From assembly GCA_016748015.1 (NCBI GenBank), contig JAAOMT010000303.1:1-63842 (forward strand): a stretch of DNA of 63,842 bases, given 5' to 3'. This document shows, piece by piece, positions 26,561 through 39,481 of this stretch (the stretch's first letter is position 1; each line of letters starts with the position of its first letter). The notes under the pieces were generated by a model that was not told the DNA's origin, did not search any database, and saw only the letters and a list, made by a program, of their open reading frames with translations. The position numbers and the translations under genes are program-made. This DNA comes from Geosiphon pyriformis uo1. Lineage: Eukaryota; Fungi; Glomeromycota.

Positions 26561-26790
26561 AAATATTAAAAATAAAATTACAAAAAAAAGTAAAAACAAA
26601 AAATTTTTTTTTAAAAAACTGCTCTTTAAAGAATTTTAGATATAGAAAAAAAAAAGTTTTTTATAATTTAAATTTTAATATTTAAAATGATATTAATAAT
26701 TAAAAGTTTTTTATTAAATATAAAATATTAATTATTTTAATTATAACTTTTAAATTTTTATTAAAACCAAAAATTACAAAATTAAAATAA

Positions 26791-29073
26791 TCACTCTTTG
26801 TCTCCTTAATTTTATGACCACGACCAGAGCAAAGAGTAAAAAAGCTGCACCTGATATTTGTCCTAAGACATCTAATAAAATTTCAACCAGAGAAGCTCTC
26901 TCTGTTGTAAAAACAATTAGGCAAAACATTTTAAAAGCCTTTCTCTTACCCAGTAATCGTGATAAGCTGCTTTTGGTGGTCACTAAAGCAACTTTCTTAT
27001 CTTTGGCTAGTTTTTTACCAGTCAAAATTTCCTCAAAGAGACACACTTAGATTAGTTCTAGTGTTGCCTTCACCCTAATCAAGAGCCTAAAAGTTTTTAA
27101 TAATAGACCAATAAATAAGCTGGTTTTCCCCTCTATAGATTCAACACTTGGTGCTACTAGTACCACCCCTTCAAAAAAAATAGTCAAAAAGACCAAAAGT
27201 TCAGAAAAGTGGAGGCAGTCACTTGTTTCTGCTATTGTTATATCAAACTTCTTTGTAGTTCCCAATGAGATCTTAGATAAGATCTCCATAGCATCATCCA
27301 GCACATCATTCAAGATGGACCAAGATCATCTACTGGCTGTATTGTCAAATATAATGTCTTTTGGCAGATCTTTACCAGTTTTGGAAGCAAAACAATTTTT
27401 TTCTGTTGGGTCATCTGTTCTTGAGAACTGGGCTGATTAGATAGAAACTAAATCATCTTTTCCTTCAGTTTTTGGTGCTACTTCTGGTGGTGCTTGGGAA
27501 ACTATTTTTAGTCATCAAAGGTTTACTGGGTGAGTGGCCTCTATTTTGGTGTCTGGTACTACTTTTAAGATCAAATTGGTTCATATTAAGACTGTTTTTC
27601 AGTCAGTACATGGTTTCTTGGATGCAAAGTCAGTATCAAAGAACAATGTAAAGCTGTTTTGTGTGGAATTTGCTTCTCAGGTGTCTTTGAAAGCTGCATT
27701 CTTGGTTGAGCTTACAAGCTCTGTACATTTGGCCACTCTCAAAATTGCCAAGTTCTTGGTAATTTCTGAGTCTGGTTCCCCTTTTGCTGCTGTTGTGCTA
27801 CATGATATGCTCTTGGGTGTATCTACTGCTAACATTAAAATGGCTCTCAGTGTGTTTGGTAGTGTCACTTATGTTGTACTGAAGTCTGCTGGCATTTGGC
27901 AGTACATGGTGGTTTATTTTGAAAAATTGAACTCTGCTATGTCTGCTTTGAATCATTGGTCAGTTTTGGTGGACAAAGATAGTGTTAGAATTCTTTCTCT
28001 GATTAATCAAAATGAGACTATTTTGTCTCATAATAAGTTTAAGGCCAAGTTGGTCAATCTTTTTTCTGGATGCACAGCTTTTGAGATTAGTGATATGATT
28101 TCTCAAGTTAGTAGTCAGACATGTTTTATCTCTCGTTCTCCTGAGTCTGGTTGTCATTTCTGGTTTGCTCTGGTTACATTTGGTTCCCAAGCTAATTTGG
28201 ACTCTGCTATTGTCAAAACTGGTATGTTGAGAAAATGCCGTATTTGGTGGGAAACTCCTGGTTGTCAGCATTGTTTCAAGTATTAAGAAATGGGCCATCT
28301 GGCTGCAGACTGTAAAATTTTTTCACCTTCTCCTTCCAAGCTTCCCAAGATGTTTACACCACACTTTGTTGGTTCTAAATCTTATGCTAAGGCTTCTGCT
28401 CCTGTGAACTCTTCTGGATTTTCACCTCTGTTACCTCTTGTTTTTTCTCCTGTTGCTGTTGATGATCCTTTGGTGCTGTCTCAATTGTCTTCTTTGAAGT
28501 CTGATTTAACTAAGCTTTCTGTTTTGGTTGAGTTTATTGTTAAGTCTATTGGCTCTTTGGTTGTAACTTTTGAGCAGTTTATTAATAGTGATTTGGTTTC
28601 AAGTAGTGCTCTTAGTCTTAAGATCAATAAGGTCTTGGTACATATGGGTTTTTTTAGTAAAACTGTTGGTAAGTTGAGAAGGGAAGTGGTTTCTTTAAAA
28701 AAAGAATGCTGCATGGAAGACATTGATATGTCTGGTGATTCAGAGCTTTCACCTGTTGTAAGTGATAAGATGTTTTTCAACCTAATGTCCCTTTGGGAGC
28801 ATGAATCTGTTGTTGTTAAAACTGATCTCTTTAAAACTGCCAAGTGGCTGGTTGGTTTGGTTTCTTGCAGTGCAACTTTGTTTTCTGTTATTCAAAAGAT
28901 GTCATCTTTGGGCAAGTTTTTTTCTGTAGCATCAGCATAGTGTGTCCTTGATTGGTCCGAGTGACTAGTCACGTGTAGAAAACACATGATTAACATCTAG
29001 TTTAGATCATTTCTTTGATGTATAGTACTAGATTGTTTTTGGACTGCACTTGTTAAGCAAATAAAAAAAAAAA
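26791..29073 (+). mobile_element. Best-preserved ORF1-only non-autonomous retroelement (~2.3 kb) with LINE-type 3' tail and poly(A)
   Basis: Short leader, one 709-codon frame, a ~120-nt tail homologous to the LINE 3' UTR, then AATAAA and poly(A). No RT or endonuclease is encoded. A possible 13-bp TSD taaaaccaaaaat lies at 26762-74 and 29074-86. Confidence 0.9.
26814..28940 (+). pseudogene. ORF1p-like RNA-binding protein (RRM-like repeats, CCHC knuckle, coiled-coil-like C-terminus)
   Basis: Fragments at 26814, 27534 and 28290 are in frame, and the 4 stops revert to TGG/CAG/TGG/CAA. WSVLVDKDSVRI aligns with LINE ORF1 WFVLIGKDAVHV. CFKY*EMGHLAADC aligns with CLICRNSGHTSLAC. Confidence 0.88.
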
Positions 29074-29099
29074 TAAAACCAAAAATAATAATTATATAT

Positions 29100-29900
29100 T
29101 TTGATTATTTAACAAAATTAAAAAAATAATAAATAAAACAAATATAATTACAGATCTAAGAAACTAATTTATTAATTTTAAAAATACCAATTTAGTTTTA
29201 TAAATATTATAAAAAACAATTATTATTTTTAATTAATTAAAGAAAAAATTCTAATATTATTATTTTTTATTATAATAAACTAGCAAATAAAAACAGTATA
29301 AACAATAAAATAAATCTTAAAATAAACAATAATATATTATTATAAACTAATAAACTTTAACTTAATAAAAACAAATTTTATTAAAAATACTTAAAATAGA
29401 TTTAATATTATTAAAAAAAATCTTAAAAAAAATCTTATAAAAAACAAAAAAAAATTAACAAATATTACAAAAAAAATTTGCAATTTTAAAAGTAAATAAA
29501 AAAAATTTAATAAGTTTAATTTGTACAATAATATTTAAAATTTAAAACACAAATTTTATATATAAAAACTAAAAAACATTCTTAAACACTAAATAAAAAC
29601 TATTTATTTAAAAAACTTTTGATAATTAATAATTGTTTTTTAAACATTATTAAATATAGTATTATTAAAAAACAAAGAAAAAAATAACTTAATTACTGGT
29701 TTTTTATTAAATATTTTAGAATTTTTGATCAAAACAAAAATTATACCAAATAAATTTTTTTAAAAAAACTTTAAAATAAAAAATAAAAAAAGTAGTTTTA
29801 AATTAGTAAAAAATTGATTATTATTTTATTCAAAAAAAAAGTGTTTTTATAAAATATTATTAAGTAGTTTTTATATATATAAATACTTTACTAATAAAAA
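29100..29900 (-). mobile_element. Decayed fragment of ORF1-only family
   Basis: The reverse complement of 29640-29730 matches 27077-27140 (IKSLKVFNNRPINKLVFP). Confidence 0.5.
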
Positions 29901-30872
29901 TACTGTTAATTGCTTTAAAAAATAAAAAAATTGCAACTTTTTTCTAATTATGATTATAAAAATACAAAAAAAAAGTTTTTTTATATAATATTATTTAATA
30001 AATCTATAATACTATTTATAATTATTAATTTTTTTATTTTTTTATTGCATTTAATAAGTAAAATATTACTTAATACAATATTAATTTATTTATAAATAAA
30101 TTTTTGTATTTATTTTTATTATTTATAATATTTTAATATATTTAATGTTTTCTTAAATAATTTAAATACAATATTTAAAAACTTATTTTTTAATTTTTTA
30201 ATTAATTTTCAAAGAAATTTTTACCAAAAAAATAATGCTTTACCAGTTTTTAAAATATATAAACTGTCTTAAAACAAAAAACAATATATATAATTTAATT
30301 AATTAACTAAATAATATTGAAAAAACTATTTTTTTATTTAATTTAAACAAAATTCAAAACTCAATTTTAATTTTCAATAACAGATAAAATTAGAAATAAA
30401 AATCCAAAATTCTGTTAAATATGCTAAAGCTATAAAAAAACAAATTAAATAAATAGATTCTAAAAAAAATTAAATAAAAAAATAAAAATTTTTTTTTTTG
30501 GTTTTTTTTGATTTTTAAAAACAATTTTATTATAAATATAATTATTAAACTTATTTAAAATATTAAAAACAGCCAAAAAATATATTTAAAAAATGTATTT
30601 TTATTTTTTGCTTTTGTTTTTATCTTAGTTTTAATTTTTTAAATAATTGTTGTTTTTTTTGTTATTTAAATTAGAAACTTAAATAATTAATTAATTAATA
30701 AAATTATAATTAATTTTGTCTAATTACTGAAACTATTAATATAAGCAGTTAAAAAAATCCAACAATTTTAAAAATTTAAATATATTATATTTTAATTAGT
30801 TTTAACAACTATTTGATAATTAAAAACAATAAAATTATAATTTATTTATGTATTATTACTATATAATAACTA

Positions 30873-33135
30873 TACTTTTTGTTTTTTTAATTTTATAATT
30901 ATGACTAAAGCAAAGAATAAAAAAACTATACCTAATATTTTTTCTAAGATATTTAATAAAGTTTTAATTAAAGAGATTTTTATTGTTGTTAAAACTATTA
31001 AACAGAATGTCTTAAAAGTTTTTTTCTTAAGTAATAATAGTAAAAAGCTGTTTTTAATAATTGTTAAAGCATTTTTTTTATCTTTAGTTTGTTTTTTACC
31101 AGTTAAAGTTTTTTTTAAAAAAACACACTTAGATCAGTTTTAGTATTGTCTCTATTCTTATTAAGAATCTAAAAGTTTTTAATAATAGGCTAGTTAACAA
31201 GTTAGTTTTCTTAAATATTAACACTATATTTGGTATTATTAGTATTATTTTTTAAAAAAATGACCAGAAAGGTCAAAAATTCCAAAAAGTAAAAACAGTT
31301 GTTTGTTTTTGTTATTATTATATTGAACTTTTTTGTAATTTCAGATAAAATTTTGAATGAAATTTCTATTATATTATCTAATATATTATCTAAGATAGAT
31401 CAAAATTAATCACTAATTATATTGTTAAATATAGTGTTTTTTAATAAATTATTGCCAATTATAAAAGCAAAACAACAGTTTTTTATTAAATTACTTGTTC
31501 TTAGAAACTGAATTGACCAGATAAAAACCAAATTATTTTCATTTTTTTGGTTTCTGGTATTATTACTAATAATATTTTAAAAATTATTATTAGTTATTAA
31601 AAATTTATTAAATAATTAGTCTTTATTTTAATGTTTAATACTACTTTTAAAATCAAATTGGCTTATTTTAAGACTGTTTTTTAATTTGTATATGGTTTTT
31701 TAAATATAATATCAGTTATAAAAAACAATATAAAACTTTTTTATATAAAGTTTGTTTTCAAAATTTTTTGAATGTTGCTTTTTTGGTTAAATTCACAAAC
31801 TCTGTTTATTTAATCATTCTTAAAATTGTTAAATCTTTGGTGGTTTTTGAATTTGGTTCTTTTTTTATTATTATTATGTTATATAATGTGCTTTTGGATA
31901 TGTCTATTGTTAATATTAAAACAGTTTTTAGTGTATTTGGTAAAGCTGTTTGTGTTGTATTAAAGTCTATTAGTATTTGGCAATATGTAATTGTTTATTT
32001 TAAAAAATTAAATACTATTGTATTTGTTTTTATTTACTAATTAGTTTTAGTAAACAAAAAAAGTGTTTTCGATTTTTTTTCTTATAAATCTAAAGAAAAC
32101 AATTTTGTTTTATAATAAATTTAAAACCAAGTTGGTCAATTTTTTTTTGACTGTATTGTTTTTGAAATCAGTAAAATAAATTTTTAAGTTGATAGTTAAA
32201 TTTGTTTTATTTTTGTTTATCTGATTTTGATTATTGTTCTCAGTTTGTGTTAATTATATTTAGTTTATAAAGTAATTTGAATACTATTATTGTCAAAACT
32301 GGTACTCTAAAAAAGTATTGTATCTGATAGAAAATTTCTAAAAATTAATATTGTTTTAAGTATTAAAATTTAAATTATTTGATTATAGATTACATAATGT
32401 TTTTTTTTTTTTTTTTTAAGTCTTTTAAGATATTTGTGTTTCATTTTATTAGTGCTAAGTCTTATGCTAAAACTGCTATGTTTATGTTCTTTTTGGCTTT
32501 TATTTTTTTGGTTAGCTTTGCTTTTTTTGTTATAATTATGATTAGTAATTCTATAATATCTTCTTAGTTAACTTTTTTAAAAGCTAATTTGATCAAAAAT
32601 TTTATATTAGTTGAGTTTATTGTTAAGTTTGTTGGTTTTTTAATTACTGTGTTTAAATAATTTATTAATAGTAAATTGGTTTCAAGTAGAGTATTTGGTC
32701 TTAGAATTAATAAAATTTTAGTATATATAAATGTTTTTAGTAAAACTATTAATAAGCTGAAACATAAAATAATTATTTTAAAAACTGAGTATAATTATAA
32801 AAATATTAACATAATTGGTTCTCAAATAAGTTTGTTTATAGTAAATAATAATACATTTTTAATTTAATGTTACTTTAAGAATATAAACTTGTTGCTGTAA
32901 AAATTAATTTATTAAAAACAGTTAAATGACTGGTAAGAATAATTATTAATAATACTATATTGTTTAAAATTATTTAAAAAATGTCTTCTTTGGATAAATT
33001 TTTTTTTAGAATATTAATATAATATAATTTGAACTGGCTTAAATAGCTGGTTATATGTAAAAAGTATATAAACTATATTTAATATTGGAATACATAGTTT
33101 GTTTCTAATTCTTAAATAATAATTAGACTATATTT

Positions 33136-33167
<32 letters not shown>
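30873..33167 (+). mobile_element. Decayed full-length ORF1-only element with (AAT)n tail
   Basis: Colinear end to end with 26791-29073 (MTKAKNKKTIPNIF..., SAKSYAK, KTVK*LV). The shared tail at 33020-33137 is followed by (TAA)10. Confidence 0.88.
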
Positions 33168-33170
<3 letters not shown>

Positions 33171-34479
33171 TTTAAAAACCACAATTATTTTTTTTTACTT
33201 CTATTAATTTTTAAAAACAGTAATAATTAAAAAATTAAATTTGTTAATATAAATTTTTAAAAAAATAAAAATATAAGTTAGTCAAAAAAACTTTTTATTT
33301 AAGTTTAATTTAATTAATAATAATTATAAAATAATTTAATTCAAAAACTAAAGTAAATTTTGTTTTAAATTTTAATAAACTTTTTATTTTTGTTGTTAAA
33401 AACAATAAACAATTAAATTTTTAACAATTGTGATTTTTATTTTATTATTAAAAATTTAATATATATTATTTTTAAATACTTAATAACTTTTTTTAATTTA
33501 AAAAATTATAATTTTGTATATAACTTAAAATTAATACATAAAAAAAGTATTTGGCTTATTTATTTTAAACACTATTACTTGAGTAAAAAAACCGATCCGA
33601 AATTGTTGAAAAAATATAATTAATATATAAAAGTATAAGATAACATGAAAAAATATAAAATAAATTAAATAATACATAATAACATAAAATAATATACAAT
33701 AATATAAAATAGCACAAAATAATTAGTAATAGTATAAAATAACTAATTATAATATACAAAAACAAAGCAATAACTAGTAATAACAAACAATTAAAAACAA
33801 TTTTATAAACCAAAAAATATATATAAAAACAAGTAGTTTTAGCAAATAAAAAAAACAGATTAAACAAAAATAAAATATTTTTTAATATAATATTTTTAAT
33901 CTAAAAACTTATTTTTTATTATATCTTTTATTAATTAAATAAAATATTATTATTCAATTTACAATTATATAATTCTGATAAATTAATTGTCAAAATTAAA
34001 TTAATTGTCCTGCTTATTTTTGTTCCAGACCAAATGCAATTAGTATAAACACTTTTGGAATTTTAATGACTTGGACCAATTATTTTTAATTATGACAATT
34101 GACAAAATACTAATTTTTTTTTTTTTTTTTTAAAAAAGTAACAATATTAAAAATTAACTGTTTTGGAATTAAACTTTATAATAGTCTAATAAAAAAAAAA
34201 GCTTTTTTTAAGTTTAAATATTAATTTTATCTTATTAATTTATTAAAAAAACAAAAAAACAATATTAGATCTTAGCAATTATAATTAATTAATGTAAAAT
34301 AATATAATATTAATATTAATACTACAACAACAAAAAACACATCTTTGTATTTTATAACCAAAAAACCCAATAGACAAAACTACAAACAAAAAAACTTTTA
34401 AAAATTAATATAATTATTAACAACTAAATGCAATTTATTTAAAAATCTTCTAACTTTTATTATTAAATCATAAACACTA

Positions 34480-34856
34480 AAATATTATAATATTATTCTA
34501 TTAAACATATTTGTAATAATATCAAACTTTTATAAAAAGAAATAATTTGATTTTATATAATAGAATAGTATCTGTAATTATTAATAGTCTTTTATTTATG
34601 CTGTTTAATAATATAATTAAGCTGTTTGAAATTATTAAAAATTTTAAAAATAGTTTTAATATATATAAATTGTGTTTGTTTTTTTTAGAAATTAAAAATA
34701 TAATTTCTGTATATATAATAGCATAGTATTGTTTTAATTGGTTTAAATAACTGGTTATATATAAAATATATAATTTATACTTAATTTAAATTATTTAGTT
34801 TAATATATTATTTTAAATAGTGTTTAAATTTTACATATTAAAAATAATAAAAAAAA
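34480..34856 (+). mobile_element. 5'-truncated decayed LINE 3' end
   Basis: 34515-34720 matches the ORF2 C-terminus (KHRAFMEKNELIPCDGSVP...) and is followed by the shared tail. Confidence 0.6.
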
Positions 34857-35099
34857 CCAAAAATTAACAAATATTCTTATTAAATTAAACATATTAATAA
34901 TAGTAATATTATTTTTTTTGATTTATAAAATCTAAGTAATTAAATACTTTATTAATTTAATTTTAAATAATAAATTATTAATAAAAAAATAGCTGTATTA
35001 TTAATATATAATAACAAAAAATTTTAGTTTATTAAAAACACTTTTGTTTATATTAATAATATTTATATTAAAATAAACATAAAAATATATCAAAAACCA

Positions 35100-38000
35100 A
35101 AAAAAAGATTATTATTATTATTAATGAATAATCTAAAAAAATCAAAGTTTTACTTAATTATAAGTTATATAAATTAATTATTATATATTAATTTTTAAAC
35201 TATAGCAAAAATAATGAAAGATAATAAAAATAATTTAAATATCAAAAAAAATCAATTTTTATTTATAGTTTTTTATAAAAATACAAACAAAAAAGCTTAA
35301 AAGCTTGTTCTTAAATCTAGTATTATTAACTTGTTTATTAGTTTTTTAATTTTAAATATACAAAATTTTAGTATTTTTAATATGTTTAAATTATAAAGAA
35401 ATAAAATTAATAACAAAATTAATAGTATAAACAGTATTTTAAATTTCAAAAATTTGGAAAACTTTATAGTAAAAAAACCTTATTATGTGGTTTTAAATAA
35501 ATTAAAAAATAACAAAAACATAAATAATATAATTCTATATTAAATTTAAACAAAAGTATATAATTTGATAAATTTGCCATATTCGTTTTTAATTAACAAA
35601 ATAAACAATAATAAAATACTAAATTTTTTTATTAATTACAGTTGGTTTAAAACTTATAATTACTTTACTTATAAAAAAAATAAGAAATTTTAAGCTAGTA
35701 AAATTATTTATACTAAATATTAATAAATTAATTATTATAAAAAAAATTCAAATAAAAAATTAGAAAACTTTTTTATTAAGTAAATAAATTTAAAAATCTA
35801 TTTACTTTTTTGGAATTTCTTGATATTATTAAATCAATCTTTATTTCAAAAATTAATTTAAGCCAAATTAAAGTTTTAATAATAACTAAAAAATCAGAAT
35901 AAATATTAATCTAAAAAATAATTATTTAAATTAAAAAATAATTATTAATAGATTTTTTCAAATTAACAGTAATTTTAATTTTTTTTAAACTTGGTAAAAT
36001 TGTGTTAATTAAAATACAACTTATTAATTTACAACAAAAAATTATTATTAAATTCAAATATTTTAATATTATAAAGTTTATTACTTTTAAATAGTTTGTT
36101 TTTATAAATAAAAATTTTATTTATATAACCAAAATTAATATTAATAAACAAACATAAAACTTTAAAAATTTTTATAAAGTTTTGTTGTTTATTTTGTTTA
36201 TTGATACAATTATTTATAATTTTTATAATTTTTTAATATTTTATAATATAAAAACTTGTATTATTAAATACAATCTAAATTTTTATGTATGTTAAATATG
36301 TAGTTGTTTGTTTTAATACAAAGAAAACCAAACTTAAATTTTTGTTATTAATAATTCTTTTTTTATGAATTTTTAAGTAGTTATTTTGTTTTTAATGATA
36401 AATTTTCTTTTTTATTATATGTTTTTTTAATAAAAACCTATTTAAATATATTAAAATACTTTTTAAAACTTTTAAATAATAAAATTTCTATTATTGCTAA
36501 TAAAATAAACAAGTTTTTAATTTGGTTTTTTTAATAATTTTTAAAGTATTTAATATTATTTTAATTAAATATAATTTTAAATGTGTTTTTATCTTTAATT
36601 TCTGATTTATTTAATAATATAAATAAGTTTTTGTTTTTAAATATTAATAATTTAAAGATTTTACCACCAGAATTAGTAGTTTAATGATTAAAATATTGCT
36701 ATTAAGAGTTTTTATAAACTTAATATTAATAAAATTAAACTTATTATGTTTTTAGTTCTGGTGTTTTTTTTTATTTCTTAATAATTAATTTGGTTTAGAA
36801 AATTACAATTTATAATATTAAAAACATGAATGTTTTTATAAAGCAGAAAAATATTTATTAGTATAAAATTTTGAATAATTTAATTTTTATTGTTATAAAA
36901 ATTAAGCTAAAAAGTAAAATTTGATCATAAATTAAAATTAAATTTAATAGTATTTGAGTTTTTATTTCTAATTATCTAAATATTAGTATTATAGTTATAA
37001 TAAACAATTATTTGACTAAATATATAGTCTAATAAGAAAAAAATTAAAAATATAAAAATAATTATTATGTCTTAATTAATATATCAAATTATATAAAATA
37101 ATTATTATTAAAAAATTAAATACTATATAATTTTATTAAAAAAATTTAATAAGAAATTCTTTTATTATCTGTCTTAATTATTATTTTATAATATTGTTTT
37201 ATTGATTTTACTAACTTAATTAAGATAGATTTAGAAATATTTTGTTATTTTTTCTTTATAAGTTTTTTTATTTACTATAATTTTTTTATATTTTTTTAAT
37301 AAAAATTTTTTATTGAATTTAAATTAAGATTATTAAATAGTTATCTTAATAATGAATTTTTTAATAAACTTGTTAATATGCTTGAAGTTATTATTTTGTT
37401 AAAATTACTAATTATTTTTTAGTATTTTTTTAATTTTATATAAGTAATTATAAAGAATATCTATATAAAATTGAATATTTATTATTTAAATAAAACAAAA
37501 TAAATTAATTTTTTTTGTAAAAAATTTTTCATATAAAAATTTTGTTTAATTTTTAAGTATAGAATGAATTAGTTAAGTATTTTTATGTTAAAATTTTATC
37601 ATGTTTTAAAAAAATTGAAAAGATATTTTGTTAATAAAAGCTGTTTTTTTTTAATTATTGTTTAATTATTTTTTGGCTTATTTTATATGTTTTTATTTAT
37701 GTTTTTTAGTCAATATTAAAGTTGTTTTATGAGACTTTTTTTATAATTAAAGTTAAATAAATGGTTTTAAATAGTAATATAAAAAACAGTTATTTTTATT
37801 TTAATTAATTTTATTGTTAAATATTTAGAAATTTCTATAAATAATTTGCTTTAATATTTTTAAAATATTTTTGTAATATTTTTTGATTAATTATTATTAT
37901 TTATATGCTTTATTTTTTTTTTAAGTTTTTTAAAAATATTATAGATTGTAAAAAAAGATATATTTATTTTATTCTATATTTTTTTTGTTTTTTATTTTTT

Positions 38001-39450
38001 TTGTTTTAAAGGTATTTTAATGACAAATTTTTAAAAAAACTATTAATTAATATACAAAATTTTTTTTAGTACTTAGCTACTTACTTAATATTTTGTTTTT
38101 ATTTTTATTATACAAAACTTATTAAAAATAGTTAAACCAAACACAACTTTAATAAAATTATATTTTTTTAATTTTTTTTTATCAAATTATATATACAAAA
38201 TTTTTAAAGTTGTTAATAGATTTTTATTAATTAGACTATTTTTCAAAAACAAATTTTTTATTTTAATTTTAAAATATTACATAAATATTATATTGGTAAT
38301 ATATTTTGTTTAGACAGAAAAAATTAATTTATTAATTACAAAAATAATAAATAAATCCTTATTTATAATTTTAAACAGAGATTTTAATAAAAATAAGTCT
38401 TAAAAATATACAAATTTCAAAAATATTTAAATCTAGATTTGGTTAACTTATTAACAAAAAGTTTGTTAATTAAAACTACTACATAAAAAAATTTAAGAAA
38501 AATGAAAAATTTTATTTAAAAATTTTTTAACAAAATTTCCTTGGTTTATAGCAAATTTAAAGTATTTTATAATAATTATTTTTTGTTTTTAAAAAATATA
38601 TTAAGTTAGTTTCTAATTTTTGTGATAAATTAATAATAAAAATACTTTAAAAAAATTATAAAATCTAATTGGTTTTATAAAACATATAAAAAACATATAA
38701 TTTTATTAATTAATTTTACTTAAAAACTAATTTAATTAAAATTAAGATATATAAAAAGTTTATTGGCTTTTTTGAAAATATTTATAATAATAGAACCAAT
38801 TAAATTTTGGTTAAATAAATAGTTATAAAGTACATAATAGTTTAAACTAAAAGCAAATTTTTTCTTTGTTGTTTTAACAAATTTTTTATAAATTTTTTTT
38901 ATATAAAGTAAAAAAATATAAAGATTTATATAATTAAATTAATATTAAGTTTGTAACCAAAACAGACAAAGTTAAAAATCAAATTGGTTTAGTTTTTTAT
39001 TTAACAATAATAATTTTTGTTAATAATATATTTTAGATAAAAAATAGTTTAATTGTTATTTAACATATTTTAAATATTACAAATATATTTTTTATGATTA
39101 ATAATATTTTAATAAATAATAAAAAAACTGTAATTATTCTTATTAATTAAAAAATTCGGAATATATTTTTGTTAATTAATAATATTATTTGTAAAATAAG
39201 ACAAAAAAAATAATAGATAAAAATATAATATATTTAAATATATAATATTAAAAATTTTAGAAATAAATATTTTAGGAATTCCAAAAAAATTAACAAAAAT
39301 GCTAAAAATTTCAGTAATAATTTAAAAAAAATACAAAAATTAAAAAAATATAAAAATTTTATATTATTAAAATTTGGTATATATAATAATAATATTAAAA
39401 ACAAAAAAAACAATCAAGTTTAATTAAATTTTTATTAAATAACTTTAGCA
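35100..39450 (+). mobile_element. Heavily decayed LINE (ORF1, APE, RT)
   Basis: 36790-36860 reads LV*KITIYNIKNMNVFIKQKNI (APE motif I). ~38520-38560 matches KILSDRISLACSKF, and ~39010-39040 matches FVDDTIW. Confidence 0.6.
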
Positions 39451-39481
39451 GTTAAAAATTTAATACTTAAAATATATACAA

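Noticed and set aside
33570-33870. CACTA start followed by ~10-bp periodic AT repeats (CMC/EnSpm end?)
   Set aside because: No matching opposite terminus or transposase was found, and the sequence is low complexity.
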